The notes beneath the pieces are model-generated. The model made no database searches. It was not told the DNA's origin and saw only the letters and a program-made list of their open reading frames with translations. From Minisyncoccota bacterium (GTDB taxonomy: Bacteria; Patescibacteriota; Minisyncoccia; Phycocordibacterales; UBA6065), in NCBI GenBank assembly GCA_035438745.1, contig DAORIX010000002.1, forward strand, positions 1,830 to 65,829: DNA of 64,000 nt. Direction: 5' to 3'. Shown piece after piece: positions 27,174-37,605 of this stretch (positions within the stretch are counted from its first letter, which is position 1; the number at the start of each line of letters is the position of its first letter). The position numbers were made by a program, and so were the translations under genes.

Positions 27174-30100
27174 TTATTTTATTCCAGTTATTCTCTTGAA
27201 ATTATTAACGAACGTCTCAACTTCCTTCTGTGAAATATTAAGGTAATTAGCTGCATTCTTGTTTGAAGGAGAGATGCCCCGAATCGCATTACCAGAACGA
27301 CCTACTGAATTGGCAACATCTTGCCCTATTTGCTCTAGCCCTCTGACCGTATTATATGAATTTGTTGAGTGTATAAGTCGTGCAGGTCCATATCCTTGCT
27401 CATTCATGTGATGAGTACGGTCTCTTTTTATTACATTTTTCTCGGGGATACTCTTACCACTTGTCCTTCCTGTATAAATTATATCGTCTTTCATTTTCGC
27501 ATATATTTCAAAACTTTTTTCAGCGACATTATCAACCTTATTTACAACCTTCGTAGTTCTCGCGACCACACCCACACCAGTTACTCCTGGTATTACCGCT
27601 CCAGCAACATCAAGGCTCAGATAGTTAAGTTCGGTGCGCACGTCTCCACCTGTAGCCATGGCTTCTCCAACTCTATACAAGTCATAGGCAATGAAACCAA
27701 TGTCAGCAATCGTATCAATTATTCTTCCGCTCGGATCTTTCAGTGTAACCGGATTATCACCCGCGTAAGCATATGAGTTCTGTAGTTGTGGGCTAGTAAG
27801 TACCCCCATACCATCATTAGTTAATCCAACTTCCCAAAACACCGGATCCTGTGAGAGGAATTGTCCACGAGCTCCCTCATAATATCGTGCATTCAGATAC
27901 GAGAGGTTATTTCCCTCATTCTCAAACTGCCCGATGAAACCACGATTTGAGTCTGTGCCATCTTCGACTCTCATAGATCCATACGGCATGTAATCCTTCT
28001 CTAGAATAACATCACCTGCCTCATTTGTTACAACATTTGTACTCTCTAAGTGGTCTGGGTGTACATAGTATGTTTTAGCTGTACCTGATGGGCTACCACT
28101 TACAATCGGTCTCTCTACATAGGCTATCAGAGTGTCTCCTGCCCAGATATATGAGGTTGAGGTGCCTGTTTGATATGTAGAGTCAGTATATTCGGCTGAG
28201 TAAAACTTATTTGGATAATGATGAACCTTGCTACCCACTGTTTCCGACATTCTGGCCATTGTGTGGTCGTATGTGTAGGCGGTAGTTGTACCTGTGGTTG
28301 TGGCTGATACGAGACGATTTAGGAAGTCCCAAGTATATGTAGTTGTGGCAGAACTAAAGATTGAAGAAGTAAGGTTACCATTGTTGTCATAGGTATACGT
28401 TGTTGATGCAGTTCCATCAAAATACTCGGAAGGAGCATGAGGATTGAGGTAACCTGAACCTGAATAGAGATAGAGAGACGAAGGTGCTGATTGGCTCACA
28501 GCAACATCAGTGGAGAATGTGGCACCGTTATTGTTCGTTAGATGATTTGCGTTTCCACTCGAATCTTGACCATTGCTATCGAGCTTCCACCAACCCTGAA
28601 GGCTGGAACCGTTTGAGAAATTATATGGATCACTGTAGAAGTTTCCGATTTCCGTTGATGTAAGCTTTCGAGACCATATACGAACATCATCCATGAGACC
28701 ATCGACATAGTATGTCGACACAGAATCAGTTTCCAACATCGCACCGATCGCTAATTTTCTAGCGCTATTATACAAACTTGTCACACTTCCTGTTTGCGTA
28801 CCCTGAGACACACCGTTAATCCATAGTTCGCCTACACTACCGGACCCTGTCCAAGTAAAGACTACATGCGTCCATGCACCTGTAGGAATAGTGCTCCCTA
28901 GTGTCCACGCGAGAGTTTCTTCATATGCGCCACTGCTCGATGGACGGAAGAACATCATGTGGGTACCACCAGCGTTGTACATATAGAGTTTATAAGACTC
29001 TTGGCTCGCATCTCCTTTGTGCACAAGGGTTTGTATCGTTCCGTTGTCAAAAGACTCAGGTTTTATCCATGCAGAAAAAGTGAGAACTGTACTCATGTCG
29101 AGACCTGTCTGAGAAGCATCTGCAATAGACCAAAACTGACTCGAACTTAATTCAAGGTCCGTTGAACGGAAGTTATCCTCTACTTGGTTTGAGAGAATTT
29201 TTTCTTTGAGATTTCCAATTTTGTTATATGAGTACAACTCTCTGAAAGAGACCGAGCTTGTGGCTGTTGTTGAAGCAGAGACAAGACGTGACAAGTCGTC
29301 GTACGCATAATTAACCTTGCGTGCTAGAGATGACGTTGCGGCCTCGATTATCGAAGTAATATTTCCAACAGAATCATAATAGTAGAGGATGTCTTGTAGT
29401 CGAGTGCCGTTTGCATTTGGGAAAGGATCCTCTATAGGGGGCAGTCCTGTATGCTCGATTACAAGTTTCGGATCCTCTGTCGTTCCCGTGGTATCAGCGA
29501 AAACAGTTTCAGCGTTGTATGATCTGTGATCACGCCAACCCGGACTGGTATTATCCAAATCAAGCCCGATACGAAGACCTAACCACGTATTACCAGATTT
29601 ATTTATATTTCCAAGTCCTGTTGAATTGAAGGGAAAATTATAATATTGTCTTGTTGAAATTGTGTTAATCGCTATCTCGGTATTTGACTGTCTGACACTA
29701 TCCCAGTTTGCAATATTATAATCATTATTCACAATAGCGTTTGAGCTTGCAGGACCATCGTGCTTATCAACCACAACTTTAAAGTCACCAGGATTTGTTC
29801 CTCCGCCCATTCCTGAATGCATAGTAACGCTTAATGTGGCAGATAAAATCATATCACTGTCGATGAGTGACGTGTTAAAACCAAATATGTTTCGTACTAA
29901 ATTTTGAAAATAGTAGTCAGCCACACGGATACCTACTTCACCCCCTGCACATGTATCACAAGAAATAACACCGTTTGAATCATGCGCCGAAGCCCAATCA
30001 CCAGAGCCATTCCAATACGCCATACCATCGACAGGTGATGCCTGACCTGCTGCTGAGTAAAAAGTACTCACTGTTTTTCCTTTTTTCCCTTTTATAATCC

Positions 30101-33100
30101 GCTCCGGACCGTGAATATTTTTCATCACAGAGAGATTATGTTCTATGACCTGCAATAGAGCCTCTCGAGGGTCTTCACGAAGGGTACGGACGTATTGTTT
30201 CTCCTCACCGGTAGATACATCTGTCTGCGTCCACTCTTGTCTAATGGTTCCACGCTCATCAGGCACAAGTATAGGAGGATTAAAGATGCGGAAACGCTCC
30301 ATGTCGACTGTACCATCAACACCAAACCCTATTCGTTTTCCTTTACTATCCCAAGCTCGAACAAAAACCTGAACACCACCCTCTATTGGCTCAACAGAAA
30401 CTATCTCAAATGTATAGTCCTTACGTTTCTCACGAACACCGCGAACAGCCTTTGCAATCTCCTCACCTTTAATGTTCGCACGTTTATAAGAACCCTTACC
30501 TTCAAGCAAAGCTCGGATCGAACCAGGCTCTGCAGGTGTAACGGAAAGTATTTTTTCAACAACTTTTGACTCAGTTCTCAAACGTGCTTCCGATGTACTA
30601 GCTGTGGTACTTGCTACCACAGGAACTATAAGAGGTTCAATTGGGACAATTGTTTTGTCATCAGAAACGACTTCATCTTGCGTCTCTACATCTGTTTCAA
30701 GTTCAGGTGGAGCGTCTTTAGGAATAAGCGCTTCCTCTGGAGTGACAGGCTCAGAAATCTCATTTGGAGAACTTTCATCAGAAGTTTTCTCTGTTTCTTG
30801 TGTAGAAACTTCGTCAGCAGAAACAGCGGGCTCGACTTGTGATGATTCAGGTGTTGGATTTGAAACATCTTCATTCGAAGGATTTTCTATCTCCTGAGCA
30901 TATACACTAGGAGCAAATAAAACTTGAGTAATTTCCTTGAGGCGTGATAATGCAAAATGAGACTTACTAGACGATTCACTTAGAGTCAAACCGCTTGTAT
31001 AAGTTGTGAGAATATTCACGAGGCGATACAGCGCATTAGAGTCATACGCATAATGTGTCTCGATACCATTAGCAAACTTTTTTGCCGCAAGTTTACCGTG
31101 TGGACCATAGTTAAGATCGGTGACGATCGGATTTCCTGCATGAGCAACAGAGTCGATTGTTCCAGCATTGTTATAGTTATAACCCTGAGTGACCCCGTTC
31201 GGAAGCGTAACCGTAAGCGGAGAGCCACGTCTATCGTAGGTATAACTCGTCGTATAAGTCTTATTCCCAATCTTTTTAGCTTCGCTATCAACATTACCTA
31301 AAATATCATAATCAAAAGTAGTCTGTGCAGAGGTACTCGACGCAACACAAAGACGACCGACTCCGTTGTCGCAACTATCATAGGTATATGTGTGCTCTGT
31401 GCCACTAGCTCCAGTATAATTTTCTGTGAGTTTGCGATTCAATGCGTCATAAGAATTTACTATGTTCTGAGCCTTAGGATCAGTACTAGATGCCAAATTT
31501 CCAAAAAGGTCATATGCATAGTTCCAAACCCCATAAGTGGAATCTCCTGATGCGTGTAGGTCTTGGGCGGTCGTGCGACGAGAAAGTCCATCATATGAGA
31601 ATGAACGAGTGTTACCAAGCGAATCGGTCATTCCCACTAAATTGTTGAGCGCATCGTGGGTATAACTCGTCGTATAGGTTTCTTCATCATTGTACTCAAC
31701 AACCGATGAAACATTACCGTAGGCATCTTTCTGTATGTCTTTTGGAACACCATTAGCGTCAGTTACCTTAACCTGCCAAGGGGTATACGCATACGTGGTG
31801 GTTCCAATAGATGTGGCAATCGATACAGGACGCTGCAAGGCATCATATGTGTAATTGGTATAAAGTGAAGATACATGAGTAGGAGAAGTACGCGCTGAAG
31901 TAGATGCAAAATACGGAAGGGACTCCTTCGCAAGTAAACCTGCACTACCGTAAACATAACTTTTAACTGAGTATCGATTGGTCATTTCTGCCTGAGAACG
32001 CTCCTGAATGACACGACCAAGACCATCACGATAAGTGTATACGTCTGTCGTGCTCGCGCTCGTTAAATATGTGCGAGTACGAGTGCTAGCTGGAAATGTA
32101 TCCGTATAAACATAATCTCGTAACACCTCAGTCAGAAGAGGGAATGAAGGATTAGTTTGGCGTTCCTCTTGTACTCGTCCAAGCGGTTCAAATACTGTTC
32201 TACGAACGGTACCGTTTTCATCTTCAACCCTTATTGGCTTGCCCACCATATAGTCATATTCATAATCAGTACCTTGGCTCAAAGCATTCGTAACAGTTTC
32301 TGGGTACAAATTAAATGAGTCATATGAATACGTCGTCGTATTGCTTCGGGGATCAGTCTCCGATGTGACTAATCCATATGAGTTATATGCTTTCGTCGTG
32401 CTTGAATAGTCACTTCCACTGATCCATTTTTCTTCTTTCGTTAAGTTGCCCTTGACCGCAGTACCAAGGGACTGAGTGTCGTAATACAAACGAGTAAGTG
32501 CAACAGATGTTCCTGAGTTGTCTTTGACCTCTTTCGTTGTAGGAAGAGTAAGATTTTTGCTTGTAGTTGCACTATAAGTAATAATCGTGGTACGTGTATC
32601 AGAACCAGTATTGCTATACGTTCCGTCAGACGATCCAGTCACTTCTCCCCTCTCAATTGACTGGAGAAGGTTGCCGGTTGTTGTTGAATAGGAGTATTCC
32701 GTCGCACGATCTTTGTGAGTTGATCCGCCTTCAAAATCCTGGACCGAGTCCGATGCAAGTCGTGTAAACCAATATGCGGGTGTAGGAGAAGATATAGTAC
32801 GACTTGGATTGAGCGCAATCACATTCTTGAGCATAGTTCCAGAGTTAGTACTCGAATATATGACGCTCTTCGCTCCAACGGCTCCGAGTCCCCCTCCGCT
32901 ATCCCAAGATTCTGTGTCTGAAGTCTGGATAAAAGCACCTGAGTTTACAGAATGGCTTCCTGCGGTTGATCCAAACACACCGACAAGCCATGCATTTGGA
33001 GTGTCGGTTGTGACTGTTGCTGTAACCGAAGTGCCTGAAATTCCACCCTCTGCATCGTACCAACCAAATGGATTTTCGGTATCAACACCTGAATACGAAA

Positions 33101-35873
33101 TTGCATGTGCTCCAAACCAGCCGTCTAACCCTCCTCGTGTCATCGTGAGGGTGTGAGTTCCCGTTGGAGGATTAAGTAAATACCACAAATTAACGTTTCG
33201 ATTGCTAGCCGCAGAAGCGCCAGCTCCAACCGGTGTCAGTGCAATACCATTATAAGTAACACCACTAACAAAGAGTCCGCCCTGAGAATCACCAATAACA
33301 AGGAGCATATTATCACTGCTACCTACCGTAAAACTATATGAATGAGACGAACCAGAAGCTACATTTGAAAACTGCGACGAGCCTCGAGCGATGTCAGTTG
33401 TACTGGTACTCGTCGTTGCACTTGTTATGTATTGGTCACTTGAATAAACATAGAATGATTTTTTGAGCGTTGTTGAGGCCATGCTCACAACATCTTCACG
33501 ATATTTTTTTCCAATGAGTGCAAATCCGTCAAGAAGCTCTCCTACGCTTGTCGAGGCCGTGTTGCCTTGATGGTAATAACTCTGTGTTGATCCGAGGCCA
33601 TCAAATCGATTGATTTTTGCAAACCCAGCAAATCGTCTATCTCTAGTGTTTGAAGGATTCAAATAAATTCTGCCACCCTCATACGTGTATGAGTAAGATT
33701 GTGAACCGCCAAAACCATCATTGTCTGTTAATTTTGTGACAACTAAAATTGAAAAAGGTAAGTCGGGATTCTGACTAGCCATTTGAGCCGAAAACTGATA
33801 TTCAATTTGAGTATTTCCTCCCGTACTTAAGCGACGGAATGTGAGCATGTCAGCCTTAGCTGTGCCACCCGAAGATACTGTGCTTTTTGTACTAGCGCTG
33901 TCGGGGATACCGTCTCCATTCCAATCAACGAGCTCGTTGTAATCTACACGTCCTGTCCATTGGCCTCCCGAAACCACCCCATTAAAGATATACTCTGGTA
34001 CCGTGAGAGATGATGTTGCGAATCCACCGCCCGTGTTTAGGTATACGTAATTGTAGCTTCCTGTTTGAATGTCTGTCACACCACTTGCCTTGGTTGAATA
34101 GGACGGCATATTGTATGACCTAATGTAGTCGAGGAGACCGTCACCATTCATATCTATGAATCGAATGCCTTTGTCCCAACCACCTGTCTGACGCACACCT
34201 GTGTTAATGGTCCATCTCGTATCAACAGAACCCCAACTAGATCCATTGTTAAGATAGAATTTGGTTGAACTTGCATCTGAGTACATCCAGTCGTCGAGGC
34301 CGTCTCCGTTAACGTCCACGAGTTGTGACATTGAAACGTCGGTTGCTGTGGTCGGCATTGCCGCAATAGGCGCAAAAGAACTTTTCACTCGCCAACCGTT
34401 CTCCAAACCACTATTGAGATAACTTCCATTAGCGGCACAGATTGTCGTTGTCGCCACATAATCAACAAGCCAGTCGCCGTTAAGATTTCCAAATAATCCC
34501 GTTGCAACACTCTCAGAACCATTCGCGCAACTAAAGAGTGGTAAACGAGATGGGGTTGCAGTGCTTGTCCAAGTGAAAGGAGCGGTGTTCTCGTAGTATC
34601 CTCGAGTAATAACACCACTTGAGTCACGATAGCTTCGTGCAATGTCTGCCTTACCATCCCCATTGAAATCAACGAGGCGGACACCGCGTTCTACGTATGG
34701 AAAATCATTTGATCCTCCGAGCCCAGAGTTGTCGTAGCTCCAAAATTCAGAAGAGACCGCCTGATTATATTGGGGAAAGTTGGGAAATTCATTCTCGTCT
34801 ACGATTCTGTGTGCGCTCGATGTTCCACTATTGCTCCAGAAGACTGCCTTATCAGGCAAACCATTACCATCCACATCGGCAACCATACGAGCACTGTTCC
34901 AAATCCGAGGATTGGTTGATGATGCGTATGTCGGTGTTGAAGTAGAGTATCCAAACGTAACAGCAGGCAAAGCGGCAGTATTACCGTCACTATCCCTTCC
35001 AGTTTCAATGGCTGAAATAAGAAGAGAGCGTGAACCATTGCTTCCACTTAAATAACCAAGAGTATACTTTCTTCTCCATTCATCATTTATGGATGCTTTT
35101 ACTTCTGTAAGACGCTTTGTTGTATTTACCCAAAATCCCGTTTCGTATGAAGTATAAACATCTGGACGTGTTTCGTAAGTGAAATCAACTTCAAATGGAC
35201 CGTCCGTTGTTCCGTTTCCGGTGTACGTAATTTTGGATGGGTAAATCTGATTACCGTCCTTTGTATATTCGAATTTTATGAAGTTGTCATTAGTATCTCG
35301 CACCTCCTCAAGCATCCAGCGATAAACATTATCAGGACTTGTCGTTGCCGACTGCCTAGACGCAGTGGTTGTACCGAAAGAGTATCGTGTGCCGCTTTTA
35401 TCAAATACGGTCCAAACGTTGTTTTGAAGACGGTAGGTAATAAAATTGCCATCCTCAAAGCGATGGCGATATCCTCCATTATTGTCCGATGGAACAAGTT
35501 CACCACCAAGAGATGAGGTAAAGTAGTTATCAATGTAGAGACGATCGGTTCCTATCTGATTCATGCGTGTGATAGACGGAATCGATAACTTCCAACCATA
35601 ACCATAAGGACTCTCACTTAAATCTTGACTGTTGTATGTAAGAGCAAGGTCTGGAGTAAGTCCCTTTCTTCCAGGTGGAACCTTAAACGAAATACTATCT
35701 GTGTATGCACCTTGATTTAAATCGACTCTCACTCTTCCAACACTAGCGCTAACAATATCTTCTCGCTCTTTTGCGTCCACAAGAGAGGGAGGAATAAGAC
35801 TGAGAACAAGATTACACAACACAAAAAGAACGATCGCTCGTCCACATCTGCGCAACGCTACAGTTGAGTACAT
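27174..35873 (-). CDS. Giant secreted RHS/YD-repeat polymorphic toxin, TcB-TcC (BC-fusion)-like
   Basis: 2899-aa uninterrupted ORF with a signal peptide and an SpvB/TcaC N-terminal motif (ISFKVPPGRKGLTPDLALTYNSQ). It has at least five FG-GAP-like calcium-binding repeats (VDVNGDGLPD, DFNGDGKAD, DVNGDGLDD, DMNGDGLLD, DWNGDGIPD). It has many YD repeats and a Glu/Pro/Ser-rich linker. It has a LamG/ConA-like jelly-roll (LTFSAWIKP ... ELWINGVSQG). The RHS core ends NPVTLKDPSGR at ~27723..27755. A unique 182-aa C-terminal domain follows. Confidence 0.85.
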   Translation of the reverse strand: MYSTVALRRCGRAIVLFVLCNLVLSLIPPSLVDAKEREDIVSASVGRVRVDLNQGAYTDSISFKVPPGRKGLTPDLALTYNSQDLSESPYGYGWKLSIPSITRMNQIGTDRLYIDNYFTSSLGGELVPSDNNGGYRHRFEDGNFITYRLQNNVWTVFDKSGTRYSFGTTTASRQSATTSPDNVYRWMLEEVRDTNDNFIKFEYTKDGNQIYPSKITYTGNGTTDGPFEVDFTYETRPDVYTSYETGFWVNTTKRLTEVKASINDEWRRKYTLGYLSGSNGSRSLLISAIETGRDSDGNTAALPAVTFGYSTSTPTYASSTNPRIWNSARMVADVDGNGLPDKAVFWSNSGTSSAHRIVDENEFPNFPQYNQAVSSEFWSYDNSGLGGSNDFPYVERGVRLVDFNGDGKADIARSYRDSSGVITRGYYENTAPFTWTSTATPSRLPLFSCANGSESVATGLFGNLNGDWLVDYVATTTICAANGSYLNSGLENGWRVKSSFAPIAAMPTTATDVSMSQLVDVNGDGLDDWMYSDASSTKFYLNNGSSWGSVDTRWTINTGVRQTGGWDKGIRFIDMNGDGLLDYIRSYNMPSYSTKASGVTDIQTGSYNYVYLNTGGGFATSSLTVPEYIFNGVVSGGQWTGRVDYNELVDWNGDGIPDSASTKSTVSSGGTAKADMLTFRRLSTGGNTQIEYQFSAQMASQNPDLPFSILVVTKLTDNDGFGGSQSYSYTYEGGRIYLNPSNTRDRRFAGFAKINRFDGLGSTQSYYHQGNTASTSVGELLDGFALIGKKYREDVVSMASTTLKKSFYVYSSDQYITSATTSTSTTDIARGSSQFSNVASGSSHSYSFTVGSSDNMLLVIGDSQGGLFVSGVTYNGIALTPVGAGASAASNRNVNLWYLLNPPTGTHTLTMTRGGLDGWFGAHAISYSGVDTENPFGWYDAEGGISGTSVTATVTTDTPNAWLVGVFGSTAGSHSVNSGAFIQTSDTESWDSGGGLGAVGAKSVIYSSTNSGTMLKNVIALNPSRTISSPTPAYWFTRLASDSVQDFEGGSTHKDRATEYSYSTTTGNLLQSIERGEVTGSSDGTYSNTGSDTRTTIITYSATTSKNLTLPTTKEVKDNSGTSVALTRLYYDTQSLGTAVKGNLTKEEKWISGSDYSSTTKAYNSYGLVTSETDPRSNTTTYSYDSFNLYPETVTNALSQGTDYEYDYMVGKPIRVEDENGTVRRTVFEPLGRVQEERQTNPSFPLLTEVLRDYVYTDTFPASTRTRTYLTSASTTDVYTYRDGLGRVIQERSQAEMTNRYSVKSYVYGSAGLLAKESLPYFASTSARTSPTHVSSLYTNYTYDALQRPVSIATSIGTTTYAYTPWQVKVTDANGVPKDIQKDAYGNVSSVVEYNDEETYTTSYTHDALNNLVGMTDSLGNTRSFSYDGLSRRTTAQDLHASGDSTYGVWNYAYDLFGNLASSTDPKAQNIVNSYDALNRKLTENYTGASGTEHTYTYDSCDNGVGRLCVASSTSAQTTFDYDILGNVDSEAKKIGNKTYTTSYTYDRRGSPLTVTLPNGVTQGYNYNNAGTIDSVAHAGNPIVTDLNYGPHGKLAAKKFANGIETHYAYDSNALYRLVNILTTYTSGLTLSESSSKSHFALSRLKEITQVLFAPSVYAQEIENPSNEDVSNPTPESSQVEPAVSADEVSTQETEKTSDESSPNEISEPVTPEEALIPKDAPPELETDVETQDEVVSDDKTIVPIEPLIVPVVASTTASTSEARLRTESKVVEKILSVTPAEPGSIRALLEGKGSYKRANIKGEEIAKAVRGVREKRKDYTFEIVSVEPIEGGVQVFVRAWDSKGKRIGFGVDGTVDMERFRIFNPPILVPDERGTIRQEWTQTDVSTGEEKQYVRTLREDPREALLQVIEHNLSVMKNIHGPERIIKGKKGKTVSTFYSAAGQASPVDGMAYWNGSGDWASAHDSNGVISCDTCAGGEVGIRVADYYFQNLVRNIFGFNTSLIDSDMILSATLSVTMHSGMGGGTNPGDFKVVVDKHDGPASSNAIVNNDYNIANWDSVRQSNTEIAINTISTRQYYNFPFNSTGLGNINKSGNTWLGLRIGLDLDNTSPGWRDHRSYNAETVFADTTGTTEDPKLVIEHTGLPPIEDPFPNANGTRLQDILYYYDSVGNITSIIEAATSSLARKVNYAYDDLSRLVSASTTATSSVSFRELYSYNKIGNLKEKILSNQVEDNFRSTDLELSSSQFWSIADASQTGLDMSTVLTFSAWIKPESFDNGTIQTLVHKGDASQESYKLYMYNAGGTHMMFFRPSSSGAYEETLAWTLGSTIPTGAWTHVVFTWTGSGSVGELWINGVSQGTQTGSVTSLYNSARKLAIGAMLETDSVSTYYVDGLMDDVRIWSRKLTSTEIGNFYSDPYNFSNGSSLQGWWKLDSNGQDSSGNANHLTNNNGATFSTDVAVSQSAPSSLYLYSGSGYLNPHAPSEYFDGTASTTYTYDNNGNLTSSIFSSATTTYTWDFLNRLVSATTTGTTTAYTYDHTMARMSETVGSKVHHYPNKFYSAEYTDSTYQTGTSTSYIWAGDTLIAYVERPIVSGSPSGTAKTYYVHPDHLESTNVVTNEAGDVILEKDYMPYGSMRVEDGTDSNRGFIGQFENEGNNLSYLNARYYEGARGQFLSQDPVFWEVGLTNDGMGVLTSPQLQNSYAYAGDNPVTLKDPSGRIIDTIADIGFIAYDLYRVGEAMATGGDVRTELNYLSLDVAGAVIPGVTGVGVVARTTKVVNKVDNVAEKSFEIYAKMKDDIIYTGRTSGKSIPEKNVIKRDRTHHMNEQGYGPARLIHSTNSYNTVRGLEQIGQDVANSVGRSGNAIRGISPSNKNAANYLNISQKEVETFVNNFKRITGIK

Positions 35874-36011
35874 AAAAAATAGAGATTAAAAAATATAAAC
35901 TCAATTCACCCTACGTTCAACACTAAAACTATACCACTTGAGCTTATAAGAAGCATAAGGGTTTATCCACCTCATATACTTTCATCATTTAACGAAGCCC
36001 AGTTTGGTTAT

Positions 36012-36401
36012 TTAAAGTGCGGTATAAAAGCCTGAAGGAGTAGATACGTAGCTTGGTATCTGGAAGCGTACTTTATCTAAGGTATATCTCACCCTGTTGA
36101 ACCGAATAATCTCACCAGAAGTTTCCGCCACACAATAATCATCCAGCGTAAAATTTTGATAAATCACGTTAAGGTTTTCAGACGTTGCTATTGAATGTCC
36201 GGAATTTGCATTAGGAATACGAGTATTATTTTCAGACACAAATGCAAGAAAAATGGTTGTTCGTGCTTGTAAAACAAGTTCTGATTCGTTTGGGGTAAGA
36301 GGCTGGAAGTTATTATTTGAAAATTGCACAACTCCAATACCATGAACATTTCCATGATGAGTAACTTGTGTGGCAAAAATCCTCTCGATCTTTTTTCTCA
36401 A
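36012..36401 (-). CDS. Hypothetical protein (129 aa)
   Basis: ORF of reasonable length in an AT-rich accessory region. No recognizable motif. Confidence 0.4.
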   Translation of the reverse strand: MRKKIERIFATQVTHHGNVHGIGVVQFSNNNFQPLTPNESELVLQARTTIFLAFVSENNTRIPNANSGHSIATSENLNVIYQNFTLDDYCVAETSGEIIRFNRVRYTLDKVRFQIPSYVSTPSGFYTAL

Positions 36402-36490
36402 AATTGGGTCTTTTATGTGAACATCTTCACACGTATCCCCTAACTACATAATCAGATGAATAAATACTAGCATTTGTTACACTACTAGAC

Positions 36491-37252
36491 ATGCTTGCTT
36501 TCATAGATGAGACTGGGGACCATAATTTAAACATGAAGACTGTTGATAATAACTACAATATTTTTGTATTGTCTCTGGTTCTCATTAGAAAAAAGGACTA
36601 TAAGAAGATAGACATGGGGTTTAAAAAGATAAAAAAAGATATATTTGGAGACGAGAACTTTATAATCCACACATGGGAATTAACACATCCAACGCACAGG
36701 AAATCAGACAAACGTAATGGAATAATGCGTGTCCATGAAAAAAGAGAAGAATTTTATAAAAAAATGAATGACTTTATCGAGTCGTCGTTAATAAAGACGT
36801 GCTTCACGGTAGTTAGAAAACTACATTTTGCTGGTAAATATGTATTTCCGTCGGATCCATATGAATTATCTTTTGAAAATCACCTAAACAGAATTTTACA
36901 CTACTCTAGTGGTGATGATATAAGTATTTATGCGGAATCTAGAGATGATGCTTTGGATAAGAGTCTTTTAGCAGAATATACTAAATATTCAATTAAAGGG
37001 GTATGTTTCCACGACTCAGAAAAAATGAAGAGAATAAAGGAATTCAATATAAAAAGCAAAAAAGAAAATATCACAGGACTTCAGATAGCAGATTTACTAG
37101 CAAGTCCAGTAGCAAGACATTTTTTAAATATTAAACCTAGACCAATAGGAAACGAAATACCTTATTCATTAGTAAGAAAAAAACTAGCAGGAAATATAAA
37201 GTTATCCATAACAATTATTCCAGATGATGCAGAGATTAACCTATTGAAATGA
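36491..37252 (+). CDS. DUF3800-family protein
   Basis: 253 aa. The N-terminal FIDETGD and later GLQIADLLA resemble the conserved IDESG and LQxAD motifs of DUF3800. Confidence 0.55.
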   Translation: MLAFIDETGDHNLNMKTVDNNYNIFVLSLVLIRKKDYKKIDMGFKKIKKDIFGDENFIIHTWELTHPTHRKSDKRNGIMRVHEKREEFYKKMNDFIESSLIKTCFTVVRKLHFAGKYVFPSDPYELSFENHLNRILHYSSGDDISIYAESRDDALDKSLLAEYTKYSIKGVCFHDSEKMKRIKEFNIKSKKENITGLQIADLLASPVARHFLNIKPRPIGNEIPYSLVRKKLAGNIKLSITIIPDDAEINLLK

Positions 37253-37605
37253 GAAGAGCGCCCCACAAAGGCGGTGCGCTCTTCTACTACATAAATGGTA
37301 TCATAAGGTATCTAATCCAGATAACTAGTTATCCCCTTAAAATATGGCTACAAACGAAGACAAATTTCTCTCTACTTTACTAGGTGCTTTATTGCCTGTT
37401 TCAAGATAGATACAAAAGTTTTCTTATTCATTCGCTTTACTTTAATTACTTTAGTATAACTATACCAGTATTAATAAAAACTCTTCTAAAACTGCCTACA
37501 GCGGTTTTTATTTTTCCTCTAATTATACTCATGAAGGGAGACGTGTGTATGTGCAGTCCCTAACAAAAAATATTTTTGTTAATCTTTTATTGAAATCATA
37601 TACAC

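Noticed and set aside
27369-35533. Antisense and out-of-frame ORFs within the RHS gene (e.g. 30195..30569, 32809..33156, 34385..34684)
   Set aside because: They are nested in a single uninterrupted 2899-codon frame that has coherent domain content.
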